Positions 18,564 to 27,675 are shown, numbered from the stretch's first letter. The stretch: DNA of 39,714 nt from Promethearchaeota archaeon (GCA_016839585.1 JAEOTZ010000080.1:1-39714), one strand, 5' to 3'. Numbers and translations are program-made. The notes: generated from the letters alone by a model not told the origin.

Positions 18564-19550
18564 TTAATCACCTTCACTGTCTTTAAACTTTTTTTCTTTT
18601 TCTTCCTCTTCTTGAATCCTAATTTGAAAATATCTCCTAAAAGAAGCAAAATCTTTACTCATAGAATTAATTTTTATGTTATTATCAATCATATATTGAA
18701 TTAATTTTGGTAGATTTTCCTCAAAATCATCCATTAGAACTTCAATTTCTTCATTTCCAACCCTTAATAATGTCTTAATTGCTGAAAATTTTTTTATATA
18801 ATCAATTAATTTTTCATTTAAATGTTCAACAGTAAATCTTGCGACTAATCCTTTACTCGGTAATGATGATATTAACTTTTGAGGTGTATCAAACTCTAAT
18901 AATTTTCCTTCCCTTAAAATCGCAGCTTTATCACATATCAATGCTGATTCAAGATCATGAGTTATAATAAACATAGTAGTATTCAATGTTTGGTTTAATT
19001 TTTTTAAGTAAGTTAGAATATCGTATCGTTTACTTGCATCTACACCTGTAGTTGGTTCATCAAGGAATAAAACACTTGGCCTATGAATTAGTCCAATTGC
19101 CATTGAAAGACGTTTCTTTTCACCTCCGCTCATGTGTTTAACTCGCTTATTCCATGTATCTTCGGGGAGATCAAGAATCTTAAATAAACTTTTGGCAATC
19201 TTTATTGCTTCTTTTTTATTCTTGCCATAAGTAGAAGTAAAAACTTCAACATTATCAATTGGACTTAAATCAAAATATAAATTTAGTAATTCTAATTGAG
19301 GGACATAACCAATATTAGTTAATATTAATGAATGATTAGTTTTTTTTGCTGGAGATAAATCAGTTACCTTCACATTACCAGTCCAATGTTTTTTTTCGAT
19401 TTGACATGTTAATACTCTAACTATCGTTGTCTTTCCTGCTCCTGAGATTCCGAATAATCCAATGATTTCTCCTTGATTTACAATAAAGTTAACATCATGA
19501 ATAACATGGTTTTCACCAAATTTTACATTTAAATTCTCGACATTCACCAT
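18564..19550 (-). CDS. ABC transporter ATP-binding protein (ABC-2/DrrA-like) with a C-terminal regulatory domain
   Basis: GISGAGKTT, YVPQ, MSGGEKKR, LFLDEPTTGVD, ITHD. Confidence 0.95.
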   Translation of the reverse strand: MVNVENLNVKFGENHVIHDVNFIVNQGEIIGLFGISGAGKTTIVRVLTCQIEKKHWTGNVKVTDLSPAKKTNHSLILTNIGYVPQLELLNLYFDLSPIDNVEVFTSTYGKNKKEAIKIAKSLFKILDLPEDTWNKRVKHMSGGEKKRLSMAIGLIHRPSVLFLDEPTTGVDASKRYDILTYLKKLNQTLNTTMFIITHDLESALICDKAAILREGKLLEFDTPQKLISSLPSKGLVARFTVEHLNEKLIDYIKKFSAIKTLLRVGNEEIEVLMDDFEENLPKLIQYMIDNNIKINSMSKDFASFRRYFQIRIQEEEEKEKKFKDSEGD

Positions 19551-19580
19551 TGTTTTCTTTGATTTAATTGAATTTATTTT

Positions 19581-20816
19581 TTACACCTCATATTTTCTTC
19601 TTCTGAAGATTACAAAAGAAATTATTATTAATATTAGACTAATTATAAATAACCAAAAGAAATGCATTCCAAATACATGCTGACCTTTTGTAATAATTCC
19701 CCTAATCATAGGATCTCCATGAGACAAAGGGAGAACATATGCAAAAAATTGTAAAAAAGAAGGCATATTTTCAATGGGAATGAATATACCGCTTAATAAG
19801 ATTATAACAAGATATGCAGCGAGAAATAATTGATTAGCCTGTGTTTTTGTCTTACTCTGTGAGCTAATAAAAACACCCAATGCTAATCCAGAAAATCCAA
19901 TGATGAACAATGCTATAAATAAATCTAATATGCTACCGGCCAGATATAAGCCCATAGATAAACTGGTAATTACTAATAAAGTGACTTGAAGTAATAATAC
20001 AAGCATATATGCTATATATTTTGAAGTTAGAATTTCCGATCTTTTTAGAGGAGTAAGTAAAAGTCGTGCGATTGGTTTTTCTTGAACGATTACTAAAATA
20101 GATAACACAAATGCTATACCAAAAACCATAAAAGATAGAGCCATAACTATACTAGAATTGAATGAACTGCTATAACCCTCTGGAATAGTAAATTCTTCAA
20201 ATCCATGGACCTCAAATTGAGGAGTTAGATTAGTATCGTTTATAAATATTTTAATTGAATCATAAACCGCATTTAAACTCTGTTGAATATATAGAATATT
20301 TGAAGCATCAAGAATACAATCGATTAATCCTGGAAGGCCCCATTCTAACATTTCAGTAAAAGCAACCGGTATTGATAAAATAACTTTAATGGATCCAGAT
20401 ATCAAAGCATTTCTTGCTTGTTCCATAGCATAAATTTCTTCTGTTGCATTATAAAACCGAACTAAATCAAGTAAATCTGATTTATTCACAGCATTTAAAT
20501 AGGGGATTGCATAGTGATCTAATTTTGATTCTACAAGATCATTTTCATTAATAAATGTATTAGAATCATAGGATACTACTATACAGGGAATAGATTGCAT
20601 TTGATTTGAATCATCGGTCATTGTAAAACCTAACATAACTATTATTAAAGGAGGCATTACTATTGCTAACATTATATTGAATTTATCAGCCCACAAAAGA
20701 CGAAATTCTTTTTTAACTTGTTTTACGATTCTAAGAATACTCATTTTTAAATTCGTAATTTCATTACTGAATTTTTCAAAATTTAATCTTAAAGATTTCT
20801 TCTTTAATCTCATCAT
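19581..20816 (-). CDS. ABC-2 family permease (TM1, extracellular domain, TM2-6)
   Basis: VKKEFRLLWADK elbow helix, RLLLTPLKRSEILTSK, LLSGIFIPIENMP and LPLSH. It starts 1 nt after the upstream stop codon. Confidence 0.92.
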   Translation of the reverse strand: MMRLKKKSLRLNFEKFSNEITNLKMSILRIVKQVKKEFRLLWADKFNIMLAIVMPPLIIVMLGFTMTDDSNQMQSIPCIVVSYDSNTFINENDLVESKLDHYAIPYLNAVNKSDLLDLVRFYNATEEIYAMEQARNALISGSIKVILSIPVAFTEMLEWGLPGLIDCILDASNILYIQQSLNAVYDSIKIFINDTNLTPQFEVHGFEEFTIPEGYSSSFNSSIVMALSFMVFGIAFVLSILVIVQEKPIARLLLTPLKRSEILTSKYIAYMLVLLLQVTLLVITSLSMGLYLAGSILDLFIALFIIGFSGLALGVFISSQSKTKTQANQLFLAAYLVIILLSGIFIPIENMPSFLQFFAYVLPLSHGDPMIRGIITKGQHVFGMHFFWLFIISLILIIISFVIFRRRKYEV

Positions 20817-20817
20817 A

Positions 20818-21972
20818 TTACACCTCTAATTTCTTAAACATGTAGATGATATAAGCTAATATAATGTAAATTAAAGAACTTAGATTAAGCCAAAAAAGAT
20901 TTTCTAAATTTGGAAATAATCCTTTTAATGTTATATCGGTTATCAACGGAACAGCATTTGATAACGGGAGTAAATTTATAAAAATTTGTACCCCTTGCAA
21001 ATCAGCATTTAAAGGAAGGACACTTCCAGAAAAAAGAATTATCATAATAAACATTATTAGGTACATTTGATTTGCACTTTGCTCTGTTGGGCTTAAAGTT
21101 GAAATGAATAACCCAATGCAAATACCGCAAAACCCAATCATTAATAGTACTAAAAAGAAATAAAATAATGAGCCTAGACTGTATAATCCAAAGAAAGAGA
21201 TCATAATAAAAATCTCAGTTGATTGGAGCATCATAATAACCGAATTTGCAATTAATTTACTCAGAATTATCTCTCTTTTAGCTGTTGGAGTCACAAGCAT
21301 TCGCGGAAGCGGACCTTCAGCAACAATTGAGAGTGAGGTTAAGTTTATGGTAGTTCCAAGAATTATAATGGGTAAAATTATTGGGATGGCATAATTTAAA
21401 ATAGCTGATTCCCAAAATGGAACATCAAATTCTAGATATGGCACCATCATCGTAAAATTGGCAATCATGTCTGTTTCTGCCCTAAATAAAGCAATAGGCT
21501 CTTGAATGGCAACTTCAATTGCAGTTATTGCTGCTAGATCAGATCCATCAATATAATAAATTAGAACTGGGCTAATCTTATTTTCAACTGATTCTGAAAA
21601 ATTTGCTGGCAGAATTATAATTATGTGTATATCGCCATTTTTTAGGAAATTATAACAATTATGGTATGCATTATCATATTCTTCTGAATTGGTTGCATTA
21701 TAATATCTATAAAGATCCCAAGATGAAGTATTATATTGCATTATCGATATGAAGGTATCGTCATATTTAGAGGAATTATTAGGAAAATCGTCATATGTTG
21801 GCATATCATCACAAGTTATAATAGCAGATGTAAACAATTTTGTAATGCCTACTCCAGTAGTTAGACCAAATACAACAATTAATATAATAGGGATTACAAA
21901 CAACAACAATAATGTCCTTTTATTTGATCTGATTCTACCAAATTCTTTTCTAACTAATCCGCCTAAATACAT
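20818..21972 (-). CDS. ABC-2 family permease (TM1, extracellular domain, TM2-6), first gene of the operon
   Basis: LVRKEFGRIRSNKRT elbow helix, YYIDGSD, RMLVTPTAKREIILSK, FSGSVLP and LPLSNAV. Confidence 0.92.
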   Translation of the reverse strand: MYLGGLVRKEFGRIRSNKRTLLLLFVIPIILIVVFGLTTGVGITKLFTSAIITCDDMPTYDDFPNNSSKYDDTFISIMQYNTSSWDLYRYYNATNSEEYDNAYHNCYNFLKNGDIHIIIILPANFSESVENKISPVLIYYIDGSDLAAITAIEVAIQEPIALFRAETDMIANFTMMVPYLEFDVPFWESAILNYAIPIILPIIILGTTINLTSLSIVAEGPLPRMLVTPTAKREIILSKLIANSVIMMLQSTEIFIMISFFGLYSLGSLFYFFLVLLMIGFCGICIGLFISTLSPTEQSANQMYLIMFIMIILFSGSVLPLNADLQGVQIFINLLPLSNAVPLITDITLKGLFPNLENLFWLNLSSLIYIILAYIIYMFKKLEV

Positions 21973-22211
21973 TATATAAGGATCTTAAGGATTTATTCTA
22001 TAATTGGTTAGATTAAATAAATATAATGAATTTGCCTTTAAAAGTAAAATTTTCATTTATATTAAAAATTAATAAGATCTCTTAATTAAAAATTTATTCT
22101 CAAAACTAACAAAATTTCATAATCTTTCTTGAGCATAAAAAAACATAAATCATATTTCTTTAGAATATAATATTTTATTCTGATTAAATAATCTTAATCT
22201 TTAATTTCAAT

Positions 22212-22230
22212 GAACAATGTTCTTATATAT
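22212..22230 (+). promoter_or_regulatory. Candidate operator palindrome abutting a TATA box upstream of the acyl-CoA synthetase gene
   Basis: GAACA-A-TGTTC (22212-22222) is directly followed by TTATATAT (22223-22230), which ends 36 nt before the ATG at 22267. Confidence 0.35.
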
Positions 22231-22266
22231 CATTTTTTTATTTAATATCATCAACCAAGCATTAAT

Positions 22267-23664
22267 ATGAAAGAACTTAACGTTTTTTTTGAACCTAAAA
22301 CATTAGCGATAATTGGAGCTTCAGATCAATTTAGATTTGGCTATGCAACTACAAATTATCTATTAAACTCAAAATTCAAGACATATCCAGTTAATATAAA
22401 AAAAGATGAAATTCTCGGGCATAAAGCTTATAAGAGTATAAAAGATATACCTGATGAGATAGATCTAGCAATTATATTAATAGGAAATGATTATGTTTTA
22501 GAATCTGTAAAAGATTGTGTAGAAAAAGGAGTAAAAGGAATAGTTATAGAATCTGCGGGGTTTGCTGAGACAGGAATAGAAAAATATGTCAATATTCAAA
22601 ATGAAATAGCAAAATTAGCAAAAGAATCGCAAATTAGAATTATTGGACCAAATTGTATAGGAGTTACTAATTTCTATAATGAGTTTACGACTGCTGATAT
22701 GGCTTTTGACCAAACAATAAAAGGGAGTGTATCTATTGTGGCACAATCGGGAGTATTAGGGAACATCTTTATTGATTGGGCTACTGATCAAGGAATTGGT
22801 TTGTCTAAAGCAATTACGATTGGAAATAAAGTTGATGTCGATGAAATTGATATGTTGGAATATCTAAATGAAGACCCTGAAACTAAAGTCATAACACTTT
22901 ATCTTGAAGGCACAAAACGAGGTAAAGCTCTAATGAATACTCTTAAAAAGTCAGAAAAACCAATATTAATTCTAAAAAATGGGAGAAGTGGAATCGGTTC
23001 AAATGCCGTTAAAAGTCATACTGGTTCTTTGGCTGGAAATGATCAAATATATGATGGAATTTTTAAACAATTTCCAACAGTTTTTCGAGTTAACAATTTT
23101 TATGAAATGTTCAATATTGCTCAAGTTTTTGCCACACAACCACTACCGAAAGGAAAAAATGTCGCTATAATCACAGGTTCAGGAAGTTTGGGAGCTTTAG
23201 CCTGTGATGAGATTGAAAAACAAGGATTAATTCTTGCAAATTTAAGTAAAGATACTATTAACCAAATTAAAAAGGTGATTCCAAACTGGGTTTCGATAAA
23301 TGCTACAATTGATTTGGGACCCTCTATATTTCAGACTTTAATACCTTCACTTAAAGCCGTTTTTGAAGATAAAAACGTACATAGTGTTCTGTTCATATTT
23401 TCAGTACCTCGTTGGCCACTAGAAATGTTCAATATTTCACCAGCACTATTTTTTGATCACATGAAACAACTTTCTAAGGAGTATAATAAACCATTAATTT
23501 GTGTGTGCTTTGGATCTCGATGGACATTTGACTTTCTAAAGGAAGCAGCACTTTCAACCAAATCAGAAGTAAAAATTCCGATAATGACACGGATAAAGCA
23601 TGCCATTAAGGCATTTAAAATGATGTATGAATTTAATAGAAATTTTAAGGTTAAAAATGATTAA
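22267..23664 (+). CDS. acdA: Acyl-CoA synthetase (NDP-forming) alpha subunit / CoA-binding protein
   Basis: FFEPKTLAIIGAS, YPVN, SAGFAE, IIGPNCIG, AQSG, IGNKVDVDE, LYLEG and the phospho-His motif SHTGSLAG. No ATP-grasp beta domain is fused. Confidence 0.88.
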   Translation: MKELNVFFEPKTLAIIGASDQFRFGYATTNYLLNSKFKTYPVNIKKDEILGHKAYKSIKDIPDEIDLAIILIGNDYVLESVKDCVEKGVKGIVIESAGFAETGIEKYVNIQNEIAKLAKESQIRIIGPNCIGVTNFYNEFTTADMAFDQTIKGSVSIVAQSGVLGNIFIDWATDQGIGLSKAITIGNKVDVDEIDMLEYLNEDPETKVITLYLEGTKRGKALMNTLKKSEKPILILKNGRSGIGSNAVKSHTGSLAGNDQIYDGIFKQFPTVFRVNNFYEMFNIAQVFATQPLPKGKNVAIITGSGSLGALACDEIEKQGLILANLSKDTINQIKKVIPNWVSINATIDLGPSIFQTLIPSLKAVFEDKNVHSVLFIFSVPRWPLEMFNISPALFFDHMKQLSKEYNKPLICVCFGSRWTFDFLKEAALSTKSEVKIPIMTRIKHAIKAFKMMYEFNRNFKVKND

Positions 23665-23819
23665 TAATTGGTTTAATTAATTTTTCATAAACTTTTCAAA
23701 ATAATCAAATAAAAATTTACCTTTCTTTAAAAACAAATTTTTTAAAGTATCATATCTATATTAATTTTGAAATTTAAAATTTTGTTAAATTTTAAATTCT
23801 TATTAATAGGCGAAAAATA

Positions 23820-25439
23820 ATGAAAAAAAGAAATTTGAGAATATTAATTTTAGAATTATTTATCACATCAATTCTTTTTCTTATTATTACTATTCCCCCA
23901 ATTAATAATTACACTTTAAGCAAAGAAACTTGGAACCAAAATACAACACCTCAAATGAAAACACCTCAATCATCTATAGAGACAGCATGGACACCTAATG
24001 GTACCGCAATATGTACGGCAAATAATTTCCAATTTGGGCATCAAATCTGTAGTGATGGAGATGGAGGTGCGATCATCACATGGTATGACTATCGAAGTGG
24101 ATTAGGCTATGATATTTATGCTCAAAGAATTGATTCTAAAGGATTATTGAAATGGACCATTGATGGAGTAGCCATCTGTACAGAAGATGAAGAACAATCT
24201 GAACCTCAAATCTGTAGTGATGGAGTTGGAGGTGCGATCATTACATGGCAAGATTATAGAGATTACGGATCTACAAGTATGAATATTTACGCTCAAAGAA
24301 TTGATGCTGATGGAAATATTAGATGGACAAATAATGGGATACCAATATGTACAGAAAGTCACTACCAAGAATATCCTGAAATCTGCAGTGACGAAGCTGG
24401 GGGTGCGGTTATTATCTGGTCAGATTATAGAACTTCAGCAGCAACAGACATTGATATTTACGCACAAAAAGTTGATTCAGATGGAAATGTGATATGGATA
24501 AATAATGGCGTACCTATATGTACTGCTAATGTTTACCAATTTGGGTATCAAATCTGTAGTGATGGAGATGGAGGTGCGATTATTACATGGAATGATTATA
24601 GAAATGATCCAGATGGTGATATTTACGCTCAAAGGGTTGATTCTAATGGAACAATGAAATGGTTAGCTAATGGTACAGCTATATGTACAGAAACTCTTTT
24701 CCAAGTTTACCCACAGATTTGCAGTGATGGTAGTGGCGGTGCAATTATCACATGGTATGATTATAGAAGTGAATGGGATTATGATATCTATGCACAGAAA
24801 ATTGACGCCAATGGAATAATAAAATGGACCATTAATGGTAAAGGAATTATTGTATTATGGTTAAGTCCACAAATAAGTCCTCAAATATGTAGTGATGGAG
24901 CAGGAGGTGCAATTATCGCTTGGGAAGATTATAGAGATTCAATGTCTATGGGCATAGACATTTACGCTCAGAGTGTTGATTCTAATGGAGTGAAGAAGTG
25001 GCCTAGTTTAGGAGTCGCTATATGTTCAACAAATGATGACCAACATAGTCCTCAAATTTGTAGTGATGGAGCTGGAGGTGCGATTATTACGTGGTCCGAT
25101 TTGAGAAATGATCCAGATGGTGATATTTACGCTCAGGGGATTGAATCTAGTGGAGTAGTCAAATGGATTTCTAATGGTACAGCAATCTGCACAGCAACTG
25201 AACTTCAACTACAACCCAAAATTTGCAGTGATGGGGCGGAAGGCGCAATTATTGCATGGTATGATTATAGAAATGAACCATATGGTGATATTTATGCTCA
25301 ACGTATAAAAGAAGCGAAAGATGGAGATGCAGGAGCAGAAGCCATTCCATTTGGATATAACTTCCTATTCTTTACTATTCTTAGCGTTGCTGTTTTAATA
25401 ATTCTTACAATACGCCGTATTTTCTATAAATTCAAATAA
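23820..25439 (+). CDS. Surface protein with 8 tandem ~56-aa repeats (probable 8-bladed beta-propeller) and a Loki-CTERM-like C-terminal anchor
   Basis: Signal/TM helix. Eight copies of W..NG..IC....Q..PQICSDG.GGAIITW.DYR....DIYAQ.ID..G. C-terminus AIPFGYN + hydrophobic helix + RR..K.K. Confidence 0.8.
   Translation: MKKRNLRILILELFITSILFLIITIPPINNYTLSKETWNQNTTPQMKTPQSSIETAWTPNGTAICTANNFQFGHQICSDGDGGAIITWYDYRSGLGYDIYAQRIDSKGLLKWTIDGVAICTEDEEQSEPQICSDGVGGAIITWQDYRDYGSTSMNIYAQRIDADGNIRWTNNGIPICTESHYQEYPEICSDEAGGAVIIWSDYRTSAATDIDIYAQKVDSDGNVIWINNGVPICTANVYQFGYQICSDGDGGAIITWNDYRNDPDGDIYAQRVDSNGTMKWLANGTAICTETLFQVYPQICSDGSGGAIITWYDYRSEWDYDIYAQKIDANGIIKWTINGKGIIVLWLSPQISPQICSDGAGGAIIAWEDYRDSMSMGIDIYAQSVDSNGVKKWPSLGVAICSTNDDQHSPQICSDGAGGAIITWSDLRNDPDGDIYAQGIESSGVVKWISNGTAICTATELQLQPKICSDGAEGAIIAWYDYRNEPYGDIYAQRIKEAKDGDAGAEAIPFGYNFLFFTILSVAVLIILTIRRIFYKFK
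23988..25310 (+). repeat. Intragenic tandem repeat, 8 units of about 165-175 nt
   Basis: Recurring caaat(c/t/a)tg(t/c)agtgatgg..ggaggtgc..at and atttacgctca. Blocks 24029-24073 and 24536-24580 differ at 1 of 45 nt. Blocks 24600-24631 and 25104-25135 are identical over 32 nt. Confidence 0.9.
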
Positions 25440-25460
25440 TAAAACTAAATTAAATTACTC

Positions 25461-25484
25461 TTTTTTTTTTTATTTTATTTTTTT
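25461..25484 (+). terminator. Archaeal oligo-T terminator
   Basis: T11 run plus further T runs about 20 nt after the stop at 25439. Confidence 0.5.
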
Positions 25485-25606
25485 ATCATCTTAATTTGTT
25501 ATTCGATAATTTATATTATAGTAAAAATTGGACTACAAATTTTTTTTAATTCATTTTTTACACTTTCTAATTAAGTAAAAATATAAAAATATTTGAGTGA
25601 TAGAGA

Positions 25607-26116
25607 ATGGATGATGTTAATATTTTTGGAGTCCCTTGGCAAGAGATTGTAGATTGGTTCGTAGTACAACCATTATATGGTCAAATCTTAGTATTAATAG
25701 GTGTTGTTGCTGTTTTAGCACTTGCTGTAGTCATAGCTTATTATGTAATAAAAGGAGTTGCCTATTTAATATATTACCTCCTTAAAGGGATTTATTATCT
25801 CTTAAAGGGTATAGGACTTCTCTTTTATAAGCTCTGTGAAGCATTATATTACGCAATTTCTGGAAAAGAGAAACCAAATGCTAATAAACAGGAACAACAA
25901 ATAATTGAAGTAATTCAGCAACCAGTTCAACAGATAGCTCAACCACGACCTCATAAAGTTGTTCAAATTGTCAGCCCTGAAGCAACATACTGTACTGAAT
26001 GCGGAAATGAATTTTCAGCAGCAATGGCTCAACAATTGCAGAACAAAGGGTTTGTCTATTGTGTACACTGTGGTAAGGGATTTAAATCAAATTATATGCA
26101 AATCGAAGTTCAATAA
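25607..26116 (+). CDS. Membrane protein with a C-terminal Zn-ribbon
   Basis: Hydrophobic/amphipathic N-terminal half, Q/P-rich linker, then CTECG...CVHCG. Confidence 0.7.
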   Translation: MDDVNIFGVPWQEIVDWFVVQPLYGQILVLIGVVAVLALAVVIAYYVIKGVAYLIYYLLKGIYYLLKGIGLLFYKLCEALYYAISGKEKPNANKQEQQIIEVIQQPVQQIAQPRPHKVVQIVSPEATYCTECGNEFSAAMAQQLQNKGFVYCVHCGKGFKSNYMQIEVQ

Positions 26117-26119
26117 TTA

Positions 26120-26153
26120 TTTTATTTTTTCTTTTTGTTTTTTTTTTCTTTTT
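26120..26153 (+). terminator. Archaeal oligo-T terminator
   Basis: Near-continuous T tract directly after the stop at 26116. Confidence 0.5.
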
Positions 26154-26231
26154 CTATAAATTTGTAAGATAGATTAAAATACCAATTCTAAGATATAATA
26201 TCTAAATAACTATTTACTTAAATTAAAAATT

Positions 26232-27593
26232 ATGTCAAAAATTAATATTAAATTAGCCTTTTTAAGTATAATATTATTTAGTATTATATCCCTTTACCTT
26301 TTCTCTGTGCCAAGTGAAGATGTTAAAGCAAAGCCTAAACCTTCGTGCTCTATTGAATATATAAACATTGATGGAAATATAACTGATGAAGAGTGGTCTA
26401 AGGCTGTTCATAAGATTAAATTTTATTTGGATATTGACAATACTCCTGATTATAATGGTGATATAAATGTTGATGGATATAATTATCTTTATTTAGGTAA
26501 AGATGAAAATAATACATATTTTGCTCTGGATCTATGTGGTGATCAATCATTTAATGGAACTGGAGAATGGCTTGGTGTATGGCTTAATACCTATAATAGA
26601 GAATTTGACAGCTATAAAGAGTGGTACAATTACTTAAATGATGGTACTGAATCATTAATTTATAACATAGAAAAAAACCAAGAATGGACCTTTATTTCGA
26701 AGGATACGAGTATTTATTATTATTATATAGATGATAATAGCGAATTTAGTACATGGTATGGAAGTACTGAAGGTAATTATACAAACTTAAGATACATGTG
26801 GCAAGGAGAACTTACTAAAGATTTTAATATTACATCGGAAGAGATTGGCTTAGATCATATCTATTGGATTAACTTTTCTATTGATATAAATAATTGGGCA
26901 TTTTTCCCCGAAATACGTGATACACTTTCAGACATTACAATTTACATGAAATCGAAAGTAAATACAAGCATTTTAGAACAAAAAATGATCCTTTGGAATA
27001 GCGATGGTACATTACCTGCTTTAGATGACCCAAACCAAGTTATACCATTTAATACTGGTATTGGTTATATCCAAGACCAATTTAATTATGGCCTTGGGAA
27101 TTTAACAGCAGATCATAAGCTTCAATTTAGTTTAATCGGGAACAATACTGATCCGTTTAAAACTCAAATTAATTTTCTCAATTTTCACTTTATAATGAAT
27201 AGGACTAATTATGCTGGACCAGTAAGTTACCCTTACTCGACTATTAATAATTATCAAATAAATTGGAGTTTTGGAGCTAGTCCAAATTGCCCTGAAGACC
27301 ATCGAATGTTTGAATTGTTAATCCCAAAGAGTGAACTTGAACATTATGAAGATAACCAAGACTTAGGTATAACTGTGGGTGGCTATGGTACACTTGCTTT
27401 TAAGGGTACTAACTATTGGTGCTTTTCAGAAATAGACACATGGATAGATGTAGAAGTGAGTGAACATTACTTATATTATAGTATGATATCAGAAAAAGAA
27501 GCAAAAATTCCTGGATATAATTTATACTTTATAATAGCTATATTAGGAGCAGTAGCATTGATATTGTTGAAAAAACGAGAAATACAAAATTGA
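26232..27593 (+). CDS. Surface protein with a DOMON/CBM9-like domain and a Loki-CTERM-like sorting signal
   Basis: Signal peptide. INIDGNITDEEW...LYLGKDENNTYFALD and late HRMFELLIPKSEL are the DOMON/CBM9-like halves, separated by a long insertion. C-terminus KIPGYN + TM helix + KKRE. Confidence 0.7.
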   Translation: MSKINIKLAFLSIILFSIISLYLFSVPSEDVKAKPKPSCSIEYINIDGNITDEEWSKAVHKIKFYLDIDNTPDYNGDINVDGYNYLYLGKDENNTYFALDLCGDQSFNGTGEWLGVWLNTYNREFDSYKEWYNYLNDGTESLIYNIEKNQEWTFISKDTSIYYYYIDDNSEFSTWYGSTEGNYTNLRYMWQGELTKDFNITSEEIGLDHIYWINFSIDINNWAFFPEIRDTLSDITIYMKSKVNTSILEQKMILWNSDGTLPALDDPNQVIPFNTGIGYIQDQFNYGLGNLTADHKLQFSLIGNNTDPFKTQINFLNFHFIMNRTNYAGPVSYPYSTINNYQINWSFGASPNCPEDHRMFELLIPKSELEHYEDNQDLGITVGGYGTLAFKGTNYWCFSEIDTWIDVEVSEHYLYYSMISEKEAKIPGYNLYFIIAILGAVALILLKKREIQN

Positions 27594-27661
27594 AATTTTT
27601 AAATTTAAAATTTTTTATTTTTTTATTTATCATTAATTACGATTAATATTAAATATCAAAT

Positions 27662-27675
27662 TATCATAAATGATA
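27662..27675 (+). promoter_or_regulatory. Candidate operator palindrome upstream of the fatty-acid-CoA ligase gene
   Basis: TATCAT-AA-ATGATA ends 42 nt before the ATG at 27718. The AT-rich background weakens its significance. Confidence 0.3.

Noticed and set aside
23988-25310. Repeats read as a CRISPR array or a DGR template/variable pair
   Set aside because: The units are in-frame coding repeats of about 170 nt with synonymous variation. There is no cas or reverse transcriptase gene, and no adenine-specific mismatch pattern was apparent.
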